Source of the DNA: a virus
Lineage: Duplodnaviria; Caudoviricetes
Length of the DNA: 45,055 nt
Virus record (IMG/VR): IMGVR_UViG_3300037515_000328
Span: 1 to 45,055 of that record
Direction: 5' to 3' (one strand)
Shown here: positions 1-8,614 of the stretch, piece by piece
Layout: each line of letters begins with the position of its first letter
Position numbering within the stretch: position 1 is the first letter of the stretch
The notes under the pieces: generated by a model
What the model saw: the letters and a program-made list of their open reading frames with translations, nothing else
What the model was told of the DNA's origin: nothing
Database searches by the model: none
Program-made: the position numbers and the translations under genes

Positions 1-43
1 CTCGAACATTGGCAAGCGGGGGATCTTGTAGTCCGTTCCGTTG
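1..43. repeat. Terminal direct repeat / circular overlap, left copy (43 bp)
   Basis: ctcgaacattggcaagcgggggatcttgtagtccgttccgttg matches 45013-45055 with one mismatch (pos 16 g vs pos 45028 t). Confidence 0.95.
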
Positions 44-1533
44 TCCGTGAACGTGCTTAGATCCCTATCTGGGGAAAAACTAAGACTATTATAAATGGTC
101 TTTTCTATTTCCAGATTGGCATTATCAATATCCAACGACCCATCGTTATGGTCATCAAGTTCCTCGGGGTATCGGTGCCTTAGAAAATTCTGTTGGGCAT
201 AGTCCCTGTACAGATAACTTTCTTTGTTCCGCTTTACATACCTCCCTGTCCAATCGACCACTTCTGCGGACGCCCTTTCCTCCAAGGTCATGAAATCTAT
301 ATGGTTGCTCTCACTGTCCACAAACGCCGTTAATGATTCCCTGGTCATCACCTCTTTTATAAAGTCTGACATCTTCAATTTTATCAATGCCTGCGTAAAA
401 GATACCTCCCCTCCTGTAGATAGGTTGTCTATTACCATGGATGCAGAAGTCACAACTACCCTTTCATCATAACGCCTCGATGGGTCGAACGCCCTAAAGC
501 TTGCCCCAAGGGAAATGATGTCCCCTGCGTTAAGTGACAGTTGATAACTTATAACGGTCCCGTCCGAACTTCCAGAATCCCTTATTCCCTTTGCAATGGA
601 TCCGTTAAGGACTATCACACTGGCATACGACCTATTGGTCTGGTTCCCATAATCGTCCGTAAAAATGGCCGTGCCCGTAGATGAAAAGGTAAACAGGTAA
701 TCCCCGGTCACGTTGACTATAAAATCCTTGTCCGCCGTATTTAAGGGGGTCACAAAGTTAGGGTCCAATGTCCTAATGGGTAAAGGTATTTTATACAGGA
801 ACTCCGATCCTACACCTCCCTTGTAATAATCCCCCTCGACCGCCCCTGCAGAAAGTTCCGCTATCTGGATACCTTCTTCCGGGTTCAATATTATTTCACT
901 TGGGTAGCTCATCCATGTGGCATTGATGCTGTCCAATACCGACTGCGAAGCTGTGAAGGTCCATTCGTATGTGTCGAATATAAGGGAGAACAAATACCCA
1001 ACATTGGCAAATGGGGACATATACCTAGGATCAAGGTTTGTCGTGTCGCTGACGTTCGGGAAATACGCCCCGTTGACATCGGACACCAAATAAGCATATG
1101 GAAGGTCAAGGGAGAAACTGTTTACTATAGTGGAATAGTTCCTGTCGTGGTTCAGTTCGGAGAGGTCTAATCCTTCCCCAACGGTATCATTGTTTATGTC
1201 CTTCAGGAAATCAACAAATCCCTCCTGTACGTACATGTTGTAATAATCCCCCGTGTCCCTTACGTTCAACAGTCCTTTAATGACTATCGGAAATCCGTTG
1301 TCCAGAACGTTGATATATGTTTTTTCATAAGGCTTTCTACTGCCCGATCCTACTAACCCAAGACCCTCTAAGTGTTCGGTATTGTTGGGCGTCTTTGGAG
1401 ATTTGAAAGTCCATGAATAAGAACTGGTTATATTGGTTATGCTACCAAGGTCCCCCGCCGTCTTGACATAGGTAATACTGGCGTCAAGCACCTCCAAGTA
1501 TTTATCCGTCCCATATATCTGTACCGTTACCAT
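1..1533 (-). CDS. Tail tip/hub-like structural protein, N-terminal part (about 656 aa in total, continuing at 45012->44575 across the junction)
   Basis: Absent from the ORF track because it runs off the edge. ATG at 1533 overlaps the stop of the upstream gene and reads MVTVQIYGTDKYLEVLDASITYVKTAGDLGSITNITSSYSWTFKSPKTPNN...RLPMFE, joining ORF 44575..45027 in frame. I spot-checked both ends for stops, not every codon. Lies in the tail module. Confidence 0.8.
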   Translation of the reverse strand, partial: MVTVQIYGTDKYLEVLDASITYVKTAGDLGSITNITSSYSWTFKSPKTPNNTEHLEGLGLVGSGSRKPYEKTYINVLDNGFPIVIKGLLNVRDTGDYYNMYVQEGFVDFLKDINNDTVGEGLDLSELNHDRNYSTIVNSFSLDLPYAYLVSDVNGAYFPNVSDTTNLDPRYMSPFANVGYLFSLIFDTYEWTFTASQSVLDSINATWMSYPSEIILNPEEGIQIAELSAGAVEGDYYKGGVGSEFLYKIPLPIRTLDPNFVTPLNTADKDFIVNVTGDYLFTFSSTGTAIFTDDYGNQTNRSYASVIVLNGSIAKGIRDSGSSDGTVISYQLSLNAGDIISLGASFRAFDPSRRYDERVVVTSASMVIDNLSTGGEVSFTQALIKLKMSDFIKEVMTRESLTAFVDSESNHIDFMTLEERASAEVVDWTGRYVKRNKESYLYRDYAQQNFLRHRYPEELDDHNDGSLDIDNANLEIEKTIYNSLSFSPDRDLSTFTDNGTDYKIPRLPMFE

Positions 1534-2444
1534 ATGACCTCTGGCTTGTTTCCCAACATAAGGTCGAAGGTGGCCGAAACTTCTATCATATCCTCATAGT
1601 TGCTTTCGGTTATCGACTGACCTTTCAACTCGATCTTCTTCCATGGTACCCCGAATTTATCATACACTTGGACTACAGGGCTCGCTATCAAATCCCGTAT
1701 CAAGGGGAAGAACTCCCTTTTTACCCGTGTATCCACCGTTACCGTATTGTCCTCTTTGAATCCCAAAGACCTGTTGTTCGTAGCTGCCGTCCTTTCTATC
1801 ACGCCTACACCTGTGGTCTTAGTAGACCAGTCCCAAGCGTTGAACATCCAAAAAGAATATCCCCCTAATGAGTTAAGGAACCTCAAATAGAACGGGTCGC
1901 AATTGGTTGGCGTGCGCATTTGTTTACTGTACTGCGACTCCACTACTTCGGTTACCTTTATTGTACTCGACGAATCGATCCAGAACCTAGCGGAAGGATA
2001 GCCTATCCACATCGGTATTTTGTCCGAAGGGTTCAATTGTTCATTGATGGCCAAGGTCATAGCGGTCAAACTTTCCTCCCTCCTGAATCCCCGGATAAAC
2101 GTCTTGTTCAAAAAGGCATTTGATGTGTCGGTCTGGTTCTCGCTAAAAGTTATATTGAAATTTTGGTAGTTAGGTACTGGGTCTTGATAGCTGGAATTAG
2201 GAACATACGGATAAGGCAAAAGCCCCTTAATGTAAGGAGACAAGTCGATTGTAAGCCCCGAAGGACTTGGATACAATATTGTGGGCGGCATGACAACGGG
2301 AAGTTCCCCCCCATGCGTTGATAGTCGGGTAATGTTCATTGTGATGAAACTGCCCGTTTCAAAGCTTCCTGAAGCTAATGAAAGGTTTACGGGTATTGGA
2401 TTTCCCGCCAAAAATCTGTTCGTGTTTAGTCCCGTTACTATCAT
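1527..2444 (-). CDS. Structural tail protein (distal-tail-like)
   Basis: 305 aa; YLRFLNSLGGYSFWMF motif typical of Bacteroidota phage tail proteins; directly upstream of the tail tip gene. Confidence 0.6.
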   Translation of the reverse strand: MIVTGLNTNRFLAGNPIPVNLSLASGSFETGSFITMNITRLSTHGGELPVVMPPTILYPSPSGLTIDLSPYIKGLLPYPYVPNSSYQDPVPNYQNFNITFSENQTDTSNAFLNKTFIRGFRREESLTAMTLAINEQLNPSDKIPMWIGYPSARFWIDSSSTIKVTEVVESQYSKQMRTPTNCDPFYLRFLNSLGGYSFWMFNAWDWSTKTTGVGVIERTAATNNRSLGFKEDNTVTVDTRVKREFFPLIRDLIASPVVQVYDKFGVPWKKIELKGQSITESNYEDMIEVSATFDLMLGNKPEVIW

Positions 2445-2872
2445 GCGAATGCCTGTGTAAATTCTTCTTGTATCCTGACCACTATGATCCTTCCAAGTTG
2501 ATCGGCAATGTACTCCGTCACTTCCTGTGTGCTCAAAACCTCCAATAGGTCACTTCCCTCTGGATACCACGTGGTGCCCTCGTTCTTTATTTTGGTGGCT
2601 ATGGCCCACGCAACGCTTATATCCGATGTTCCCAGTTTTACGGCTGCCCACTTTTGTATGGATTCGACCGGGGGCATTGTTCCAGGAGGACGTCCCTCTA
2701 CCAATTGCTGCGTGTACGGCGTTCCCCAAATCTCATTGCCCCTTGCTTCAATGTTGTCTTCCCATTCCCCAGTTGCGGGCATTCCAAGCTCCCTGAACTT
2801 TGGAATCAAAAAGAGGTCAATGACCCCTCTTATAATGCGTTCTATTTCTTCTTGCGAAAACTCCATAGCCAA
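2441..2872 (-). CDS. Putative neck/tail completion protein
   Basis: GRPPGTMPPVESIQKWA...AWAIATKIKNEGT resembles phage virion-morphogenesis/tail completion proteins; gene context. Confidence 0.55.
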   Translation of the reverse strand: MAMEFSQEEIERIIRGVIDLFLIPKFRELGMPATGEWEDNIEARGNEIWGTPYTQQLVEGRPPGTMPPVESIQKWAAVKLGTSDISVAWAIATKIKNEGTTWYPEGSDLLEVLSTQEVTEYIADQLGRIIVVRIQEEFTQAFA

Positions 2873-3030
2873 GCACCAGTTAAAATATCGATGGTCTTAT
2901 TTATCTCCCTGCATTCGTGTTTTCCCCTTAATGTGGTCAGGTTTATCCTGTCACGCTTGTAGCGTAATTTGTAAACAACATATACTTTCAAGGCCCAAAG
3001 GCAAACGATGGTTATTGCTGCGTAGATCAT
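2842..3030 (-). CDS. Small membrane protein
   Basis: N-terminal hydrophobic helix; ATGA-type overlap with the upstream gene. Confidence 0.5.
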   Translation of the reverse strand: MIYAAITIVCLWALKVYVVYKLRYKRDRINLTTLRGKHECREINKTIDILTGAWLWSFRKKK

Positions 3031-3251
3031 AACATTATATTTTCTATTTCCCTTATAACATCATACCAAAAACCTTGTCCGTTTGAGTGCGATATCTTGC
3101 CGGTTTCGGCCTTTTCATCATCGTTCAAAACGTTTAAAATTTCACTTACTATAATTTCCGACATATTCCATGCGCAACGATCATTTATATCACCACAAAC
3201 ACAATCATTTACTTTTCTGAATAAATCCTTTGCTTTTTCTTTTGGCGTCAT
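3027..3251 (-). CDS. Hypothetical protein, MTPKEKA family paralogue 2
   Basis: MTPKEKAKDLFRKVNDCVCGDIN...FWYDVIREIENI. Confidence 0.75.
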   Translation of the reverse strand: MTPKEKAKDLFRKVNDCVCGDINDRCAWNMSEIIVSEILNVLNDDEKAETGKISHSNGQGFWYDVIREIENIML

Positions 3252-3263
3252 AAGTTAATATTT

Positions 3264-3485
3264 TCATGTATGTAAATTTCCGATTTCTTTTTTTACTTCT
3301 TCCCAATAATCATCAATACCATAACAAGTTCCTTCAATCTCCCCAAATTGATACACAACATTATCTAATATTTCATCACAAAACATTACGGCCATATCCT
3401 TCGTGTTCTGTAAATTTATATCCCCGCATACACATTTGTCCACTTTATTAAATAGATCCTGTGCTTTTTCTTTTGGTGTCATCAT
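3264..3485 (-). CDS. Hypothetical protein, MTPKEKA family paralogue 1
   Basis: MTPKEKAQDLFNKVDKCVCGDIN...YWEEVKKEIGNL. Confidence 0.75.
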   Translation of the reverse strand: MMTPKEKAQDLFNKVDKCVCGDINLQNTKDMAVMFCDEILDNVVYQFGEIEGTCYGIDDYWEEVKKEIGNLHT

Positions 3486-4003
3486 GTATTGTTTTCCCTT
3501 AGTTGTACGTTAATGGTCCATCCCGAATAGTTGGAATCCATCCAATCGATTCTTGGTATCATAGTCCAATTGGATACCTCTAGATCGTATCCAAGGTACT
3601 CGCAGAACTGTAAAAGGTCACAGGCGACACATTCCAAAAGCGGTGCCAATATGGTCGCCCACTTGCTTTCTGCCAATGGATGGCCAGGTATTTCGTTGTA
3701 GACGTTCTTTCCAACATCGTCATGGCTTAGGACGTGCATATTGAATGTGTGCACCTGACTTCCCAACATTCTCAATCCAGTTGTCCTGTTGACTGGCGCA
3801 TTGCATTGGAATCGGTAATCGGTCACAGCCACTAGCACACAACAAGGATCATCCTTCATTACGTACTCATTGAGGTCGCTTTCCCTTAAAGGTGCGGTGA
3901 ACTCCCAACACAGATCGCATTTAGGGTCGATAGGTGGGTCCAATTCTAGATCCCCGTTCCAATCGCTTACCATGGTGGCCAATGTTCCTATTACATCCGT
4001 CAT
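3482..4003 (-). CDS. Putative tail terminator/completion protein
   Basis: 173 aa, acidic, C-terminal YSGWTINVQL strand typical of the terminator fold; gene context. Confidence 0.45.
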   Translation of the reverse strand: MTDVIGTLATMVSDWNGDLELDPPIDPKCDLCWEFTAPLRESDLNEYVMKDDPCCVLVAVTDYRFQCNAPVNRTTGLRMLGSQVHTFNMHVLSHDDVGKNVYNEIPGHPLAESKWATILAPLLECVACDLLQFCEYLGYDLEVSNWTMIPRIDWMDSNYSGWTINVQLRENNT

Positions 4004-4533
4004 TTCTGCTTGTTTATTTCAACCAATTTTTTATTAATCCTTGCTTCAATGGTGTTCTTCAATAGCTTGTTGAACACTTCGCTGTATGGCAAATCCCTTA
4101 TCGATTCCCATTTCAGTATATCCCCTCCCGCCAATGAATCGATCGTGTTTATATCCCCAAGTACGTCCAACTCCTTTATCCCCGCTTGCATCAGCTTTAT
4201 ATCCGGTTGGTTTGTCAGGTACTGCCCTTCCATTTCGTTTATCCTGGCGTACTGGGCACGTATCCACAGCATGAAAAGGAGCTTCTCGTTGTTGGGAGCT
4301 TTCTTTACCCGTTTAAAGGTAATGTTTTTTTTGTAATGTTTTAGTATTGAAAAGAATGCATCATCGAATTTCTGTGAATCGAACATATCCGGCACCTCCG
4401 TTTTGAGCACACGGTACGGAAGATCGGTAATGTCCTCCAATTTCACCCCGCAAAGTCCCGCCCTTGGCCTTGCAAGCTTTTTGATCATGTTGTAACGTCC
4501 GTCCAGTTGGGACAAATATTCGTTAAAAGACAT
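4000..4533 (-). CDS. Putative tail assembly chaperone-like protein
   Basis: AGIKELDVLGDINTIDSLAGGDILKWESIRDLPYSEVF motif seen in Bacteroidota phage late regions. Confidence 0.45.
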   Translation of the reverse strand: MSFNEYLSQLDGRYNMIKKLARPRAGLCGVKLEDITDLPYRVLKTEVPDMFDSQKFDDAFFSILKHYKKNITFKRVKKAPNNEKLLFMLWIRAQYARINEMEGQYLTNQPDIKLMQAGIKELDVLGDINTIDSLAGGDILKWESIRDLPYSEVFNKLLKNTIEARINKKLVEINKQK

Positions 4534-5737
4534 TGCTGCTACGTTTTTTGATGGTCCCCGTTTTGCTGTTCGTCACTTCGTAGCCAAAAGCATCGTTTAT
4601 GTGGTCGTGTCCGCTCTGCTTGTCCGGTTCACCGTGCTTGTTATAGGATTGTTTCTCCAGCGCATCTACAAGGCTGGGGCATTTATTTCCATTAATGAAC
4701 GTAAGATTGTCGGCAAAGTCCTTGTTGACAGAATTTATACGGTCCCTAACACTCGGGTTCTTGCTCGGGGCAATGACCTTGAAACCTGCTTTGCGTAACA
4801 AATCGTGGTCGGACTTCCCAGATGTGTTCCTGGCGTTCCCAGCTGCATCGGGATATACTATTTTTCGGTTGGCAGGGTAGCGTTCGTTTATGATGGATAT
4901 CATATCCCCGGTATCGTAGGCGTCCACAACCTCGTCCACAACATATCTAACATTCCCCTCCTTGATGGAAACCGTTGCCGCCATGTTGGTAATGTTGAAA
5001 TCCATTCCGATATAGAGTATATTGTTTCCCGCTTCCTTATCGTTGTTAAGGTGCCTTTTACGGTCAAACTCCCGATAAACTGTACCCGAGGTAAGGTTTA
5101 CGAACTCACCGTTAAGGTAGGCTTCCAGTTGCTCCTTCGTGTAACTATCGATAAGGGATTGGATGTAGTCGGGGGGGAGGAAAGGATTATCCTCTGTCCT
5201 TGCATTGATTATATGCTTGTTGTTGCTTGCGTCTTTCACAAAGAACTTGTACAGCCATTTAAATCCCTCTGGGGTTCCGACCACATCGGTATGGTTTACG
5301 AACCCTTTAGGGAGTACGGCACGGTTACGCCCTATTATCTTGCTAAAAACATCGTTCATTTTGTCCTGTCGAAGTATATCGGTTTCATCGATCAGGGAGT
5401 ATCCTACCTCATAACCGATTATCGTATCTGGATTGTCCATAGAACGAAGGAAAACGTCACCATAAGGGGTTATTATCTTCTTGTCCTGTCTGTGCCACAC
5501 CGATTTTATATCAAATGAATCGAAAGTTTCTTGGAACTTTGGGACCGCTACATCGGTTATCAGTCCGTACGTTGGAAGATAGTAGGCCACTGGTATTCCC
5601 TGTAGCTGCATTTTCTTTATGACCGTCTTACATACCCCCGCAAAAGATTTTCCAGACCCATAGCCACCTACTAATGCGGTATGTCTTTTATTTGATAGAA
5701 TGAATTTCTTTTGATGTGGGAGTACATCTACTATCAT
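4523..5737 (-). CDS. terL: Terminase large subunit
   Basis: Walker A GGYGSGKS, Walker B LIDETD, coupling motif GTPEG, nuclease GMDFN and HDHINDAFGY; likely start ATG 5737 (MIVDVLPHQ) overlapping the terS stop. Confidence 0.95.
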   Translation of the reverse strand: MIVDVLPHQKKFILSNKRHTALVGGYGSGKSFAGVCKTVIKKMQLQGIPVAYYLPTYGLITDVAVPKFQETFDSFDIKSVWHRQDKKIITPYGDVFLRSMDNPDTIIGYEVGYSLIDETDILRQDKMNDVFSKIIGRNRAVLPKGFVNHTDVVGTPEGFKWLYKFFVKDASNNKHIINARTEDNPFLPPDYIQSLIDSYTKEQLEAYLNGEFVNLTSGTVYREFDRKRHLNNDKEAGNNILYIGMDFNITNMAATVSIKEGNVRYVVDEVVDAYDTGDMISIINERYPANRKIVYPDAAGNARNTSGKSDHDLLRKAGFKVIAPSKNPSVRDRINSVNKDFADNLTFINGNKCPSLVDALEKQSYNKHGEPDKQSGHDHINDAFGYEVTNSKTGTIKKRSSNVF

Positions 5738-6255
5738 TTTTTGATTTCCCTTAGTTCTATAACGTGGTGGTGGGTGTCTGACTTTTGGGAATTGTCCTTC
5801 TCGTAGAATCCAGTGTGTTTCTGGATCATTTCCATTGCTTTTTCTTTGGAAACGAACCATAGTTCAACGACCGTTTCAGTGAACGTTTCATCGTCAACCA
5901 TGTAGCTTTTTGAAGTGGTCTTGAATTTGGTTATTAACCTCCTTATTTCAATGGGCAACGATTTTACTTCCTCTGGGGCCAACATTATCGTTTCAGTGAT
6001 GTCGGAGTAGGCCCAATTGTAGAGCTCGTTTAGAATGGCCTCATGTGAAGTCCTAAGGGCTATCTGGGAGGATTCGTACTTGGTTTTTATATATTGCTCT
6101 ATCTCACCAATTCTCACCAGGTCGCTGAACCTGTTCGCTGCCGTTTCGTCACTCGAATCTGTGTAAACGGATTGGTACGCCTTGGTCCCGTTGAACTGGT
6201 TTACGAACCATTCGTCTATGACAAGTTTGTATTTTAGAAATGTTGATTCCTGCAT
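5734..6255 (-). CDS. terS: Terminase small subunit
   Basis: FNGTKAYQSVY...ETAANRFSDL HTH pattern and SKEKAMEMIQKHTGFYEKDN tail; directly upstream of terL. Confidence 0.85.
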   Translation of the reverse strand: MQESTFLKYKLVIDEWFVNQFNGTKAYQSVYTDSSDETAANRFSDLVRIGEIEQYIKTKYESSQIALRTSHEAILNELYNWAYSDITETIMLAPEEVKSLPIEIRRLITKFKTTSKSYMVDDETFTETVVELWFVSKEKAMEMIQKHTGFYEKDNSQKSDTHHHVIELREIKK

Positions 6256-6258
6256 GGG

Positions 6259-6477
6259 TCAAGGGAGTAGGTCTTTCAACAAAGATAGCAAATAATTCGA
6301 TATAAAAAAGGCCCACGCTAGAACATGGGCCTCGGTAAAGGATGGGAAAAAAGTCAAAAACCATCCTTTGGTTCCCTCCTTCAAAAAACTGCACATATGC
6401 AATGCGGTCATCCTTCTTGGGCAATCTTCACAGGGCACGTTGCTGTTCGGTTCGTAGTTGCAGGGTTCTTGTTCCAT
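6259..6477 (-). CDS. Small Cys-containing membrane protein
   Basis: 72 aa with hydrophobic C-terminal half. Confidence 0.5.
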   Translation of the reverse strand: MEQEPCNYEPNSNVPCEDCPRRMTALHMCSFLKEGTKGWFLTFFPSFTEAHVLAWAFFISNYLLSLLKDLLP

Positions 6478-6482
6478 AACTT

Positions 6483-6767
6483 CTATTCATAGTTACTTGT
6501 ATACTCGTCGATAAATGATGTACATTCAGAAAAACCAAACATCGTCTTTAATAGTTGTTCTTTTGGAATATGCTTCCATTTTTCGCTTAAAAATTCCTCT
6601 GGGTCAAGCCATTTTGGATTTAAATACATTCCTTTTTCGCCATCAAATATTAGATCTAGTTTGTTCGCCAACTCAAATAATTTATCAACGTTTACATTGG
6701 ATATGTTTAATTTTTCATATGCCAACTCAATTAATTCTTCATCTGTAAGGTGTTTTTTAATTTTCAT
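6483..6767 (-). CDS. Hypothetical protein
   Basis: ATG start, packs into the minus-strand operon. Confidence 0.6.
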   Translation of the reverse strand: MKIKKHLTDEELIELAYEKLNISNVNVDKLFELANKLDLIFDGEKGMYLNPKWLDPEEFLSEKWKHIPKEQLLKTMFGFSECTSFIDEYTSNYE

Positions 6768-7017
6768 AACATTTATTTAAAGGGTTAGATTGAATCTCCT
6801 GATCTTCCAAATACCATTCCGCAAACATTTTAAAAATAGACTGGTTAATTCTTACGGTAGTATGTCCCATCTTCATAACGACAACAGAAGGTTCAACTGT
6901 TATACTATAATCATTTTTTCCTATGCCCTGTTCATTTAGCCTGCTTGCGTCCGACATATCTTTACAATCGCAAGGTTTAAGTTTATACTTCATAATTTCT
7001 ATATTAAAACAGTTCAT
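6757..7017 (-). CDS. Hypothetical protein
   Basis: Overlapping operon packing. Confidence 0.6.
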   Translation of the reverse strand: MNCFNIEIMKYKLKPCDCKDMSDASRLNEQGIGKNDYSITVEPSVVVMKMGHTTVRINQSIFKMFAEWYLEDQEIQSNPLNKCYEN

Positions 7018-7252
7018 AACCTATCAAGTTCTTTTTTGCCCACTTTTTAAAAACACATATAGTGCTGTCTTTATAATAAATTGCGCCCTCTTGTTCAAGC
7101 ATCCTGATTAAAATTCCCAAACCATATGGGCTCCTTTGTTTAAGGAAATCTCTAGTAATCAATTCATCTTCTGTACAAGGTTTGATGTACAGGGATGCAG
7201 CAATATCATACTTAAGTTCTTTTAGTTGACCTATTGTATTTTTCATATTCAA
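7004..7252 (-). CDS. Hypothetical protein (possible winged helix)
   Basis: LGILIRMLEQEGAIYYKD resembles a wHTH end. Confidence 0.5.
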   Translation of the reverse strand: MNMKNTIGQLKELKYDIAASLYIKPCTEDELITRDFLKQRSPYGLGILIRMLEQEGAIYYKDSTICVFKKWAKKNLIGYELF

Positions 7253-7300
7253 AATTAAACAGTTATTAATCCCTCAATCTTCCCACCGCTCCAATGTGTT

Positions 7301-7537
7301 TTACTCTTGGTACTCGGCTATTACTGCCCCATCGTCATCAAAATATTTCATGGCCCAAGTTGGATGGCAGTTTTCAGTTTTCTTTTTTCCTTCAAAAAGG
7401 ATGTTCAAGTTACCACTACTATTACCGCTTACTATTTTACCAACTTGTGTTTTCCCGCCATAGGTATGCTCTACTCTCATTCCTTTTTTAACAAATTTCA
7501 ATCCTCTTTGTTCCCTTACGTAATCTAAATTTATCAT
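7301..7537 (-). CDS. Hypothetical phage protein (SH3-like)
   Basis: KKGMRVE...GKIVSG...NCHPTWAMKY, a recurrent small phage family. Confidence 0.65.
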   Translation of the reverse strand: MINLDYVREQRGLKFVKKGMRVEHTYGGKTQVGKIVSGNSSGNLNILFEGKKKTENCHPTWAMKYFDDDGAVIAEYQE

Positions 7538-7557
7538 ATCTATAGTTGTTTGCTTAT

Positions 7558-7920
7558 TTATCTCAACCTAACCCACCCGTATTCGATAAGGGTTTCAACG
7601 CTAAGTCCCATGAAGGGCACGGCGTATCCCTTTGAACGGAGGTAGTCGGATACGGACGCAATGCCGTAAAAGTCTTCCGAGTTTATAATTTGTTTTAAGT
7701 CCTCCCTTAAATCTTTTGGATCAACATCTTTACCGTTAAGAATACGGGCCACCTCAATCGCATCCTCATCGCTTATCTGTGATAGGGATGTGAGTTCTAT
7801 ATAATCAGATTTTTCAACGAAAACAAAAGAGTCGTAACTTAGATTATTTTTACCATTATAAACATCCTGCCCCCAATAAAGAGAAAAGAACTTTTGTTTA
7901 TTTTGTAGCGTGTTTTACAT
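7558..7920 (-). pseudogene. 120-codon phage gene with a stop at codon 2 (ATG TAA AAC ACG...)
   Basis: Reads M*NTLQNKQKFFSLYWGQ...SLSQISDEDAIEVAR...SDYLRSKGYAVPFMGLSVETLIEYGWVRLR, open apart from TAA at 7917-7915; GAA would restore MENTL. Confidence 0.75.
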
Positions 7921-7928
7921 AACTATAG

Positions 7929-8129
7929 TTATTTTTCTGTCATACGAATCATTAAGCGAATCGAATATCTGTTGAATGCCAACTTCGCCCTGCCTATCCT
8001 TTCATCATTATCGATTTCAGAACCTTTTGGAATGTCAAAAAACACTTTGTCCCCCTCAATTTTTACGAACCTTGCGCCAAGATTTTCCATTCCCTGTTTC
8101 ATACCATATAATATAAGATACTTATTCAT
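7929..8129 (-). CDS. Hypothetical protein
   Basis: ORF track, operon packing. Confidence 0.55.
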   Translation of the reverse strand: MNKYLILYGMKQGMENLGARFVKIEGDKVFFDIPKGSEIDNDERIGRAKLAFNRYSIRLMIRMTEK

Positions 8130-8155
8130 AACTAACAGGTTTTAATTATTATTGG

Positions 8156-8359
8156 TTATTCATTTACCCGAAGATGGGCATCCTTAAGCCATTTGATGTT
8201 TGTTTCGCAATATTTATCAATCTCAAAAGCCCCGTGGCCATCCTCATGGCCTATGGAATATCCATATTTTTTACAGACATCTTCTATTTCGTTGAAAAAT
8301 GATTTGATCTTTTCAGGGGTTTCTATATAGTATCCCTTGTTGCAGTCCCAATTTTGCAT
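8156..8359 (-). CDS. Hypothetical protein (HEDGHGAFEI family)
   Basis: EIEDVCKKYGYSIGHEDGHGAFEI, a recurrent small phage motif. Confidence 0.65.
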   Translation of the reverse strand: MQNWDCNKGYYIETPEKIKSFFNEIEDVCKKYGYSIGHEDGHGAFEIDKYCETNIKWLKDAHLRVNE

Positions 8360-8373
8360 TTCCTTATTTTTAG

Positions 8374-8595
8374 TTACTCAAATCCCCACTTTGCACTAAC
8401 TCCACGTGGTTTCTTTTTCTGTGTTACCAGCTCGGTACGGGTTATCTTAAATTCATTTGTGGCCCATTCCGTTTTTTTCCTTATCGAAAAATGGTACTTG
8501 AGTCTACCTATGGTAATTCCAGTGTGGTTCGATACGTCCCTCATTGATTTGTATGGGGTCTGGAGTCCAGTGTTCAGGTCGTGGTGTATGTACAT
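8374..8595 (-). CDS. Small DNA-binding protein (NUMOD1/HTH-like)
   Basis: YKSMRDVSNHTGITIGRLKYHF. Confidence 0.5.
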   Translation of the reverse strand: MYIHHDLNTGLQTPYKSMRDVSNHTGITIGRLKYHFSIRKKTEWATNEFKITRTELVTQKKKPRGVSAKWGFE

Positions 8596-8614
8596 TTATT
8601 TTTTGTTTTAATGG

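Noticed and set aside
1-1526. Apparent 1.5-kb non-coding region or ncRNA (only short ORFs 224..472 and 909..1109 in the track)
   Set aside because: It is the 5' part of a minus-strand tail gene that runs off the window edge
7915-7917. Stop-codon reassignment (alternative genetic code)
   Set aside because: Only one in-frame TAA was noticed; long genes are intact in code 11 and TAA, TAG and TGA all serve as normal stops
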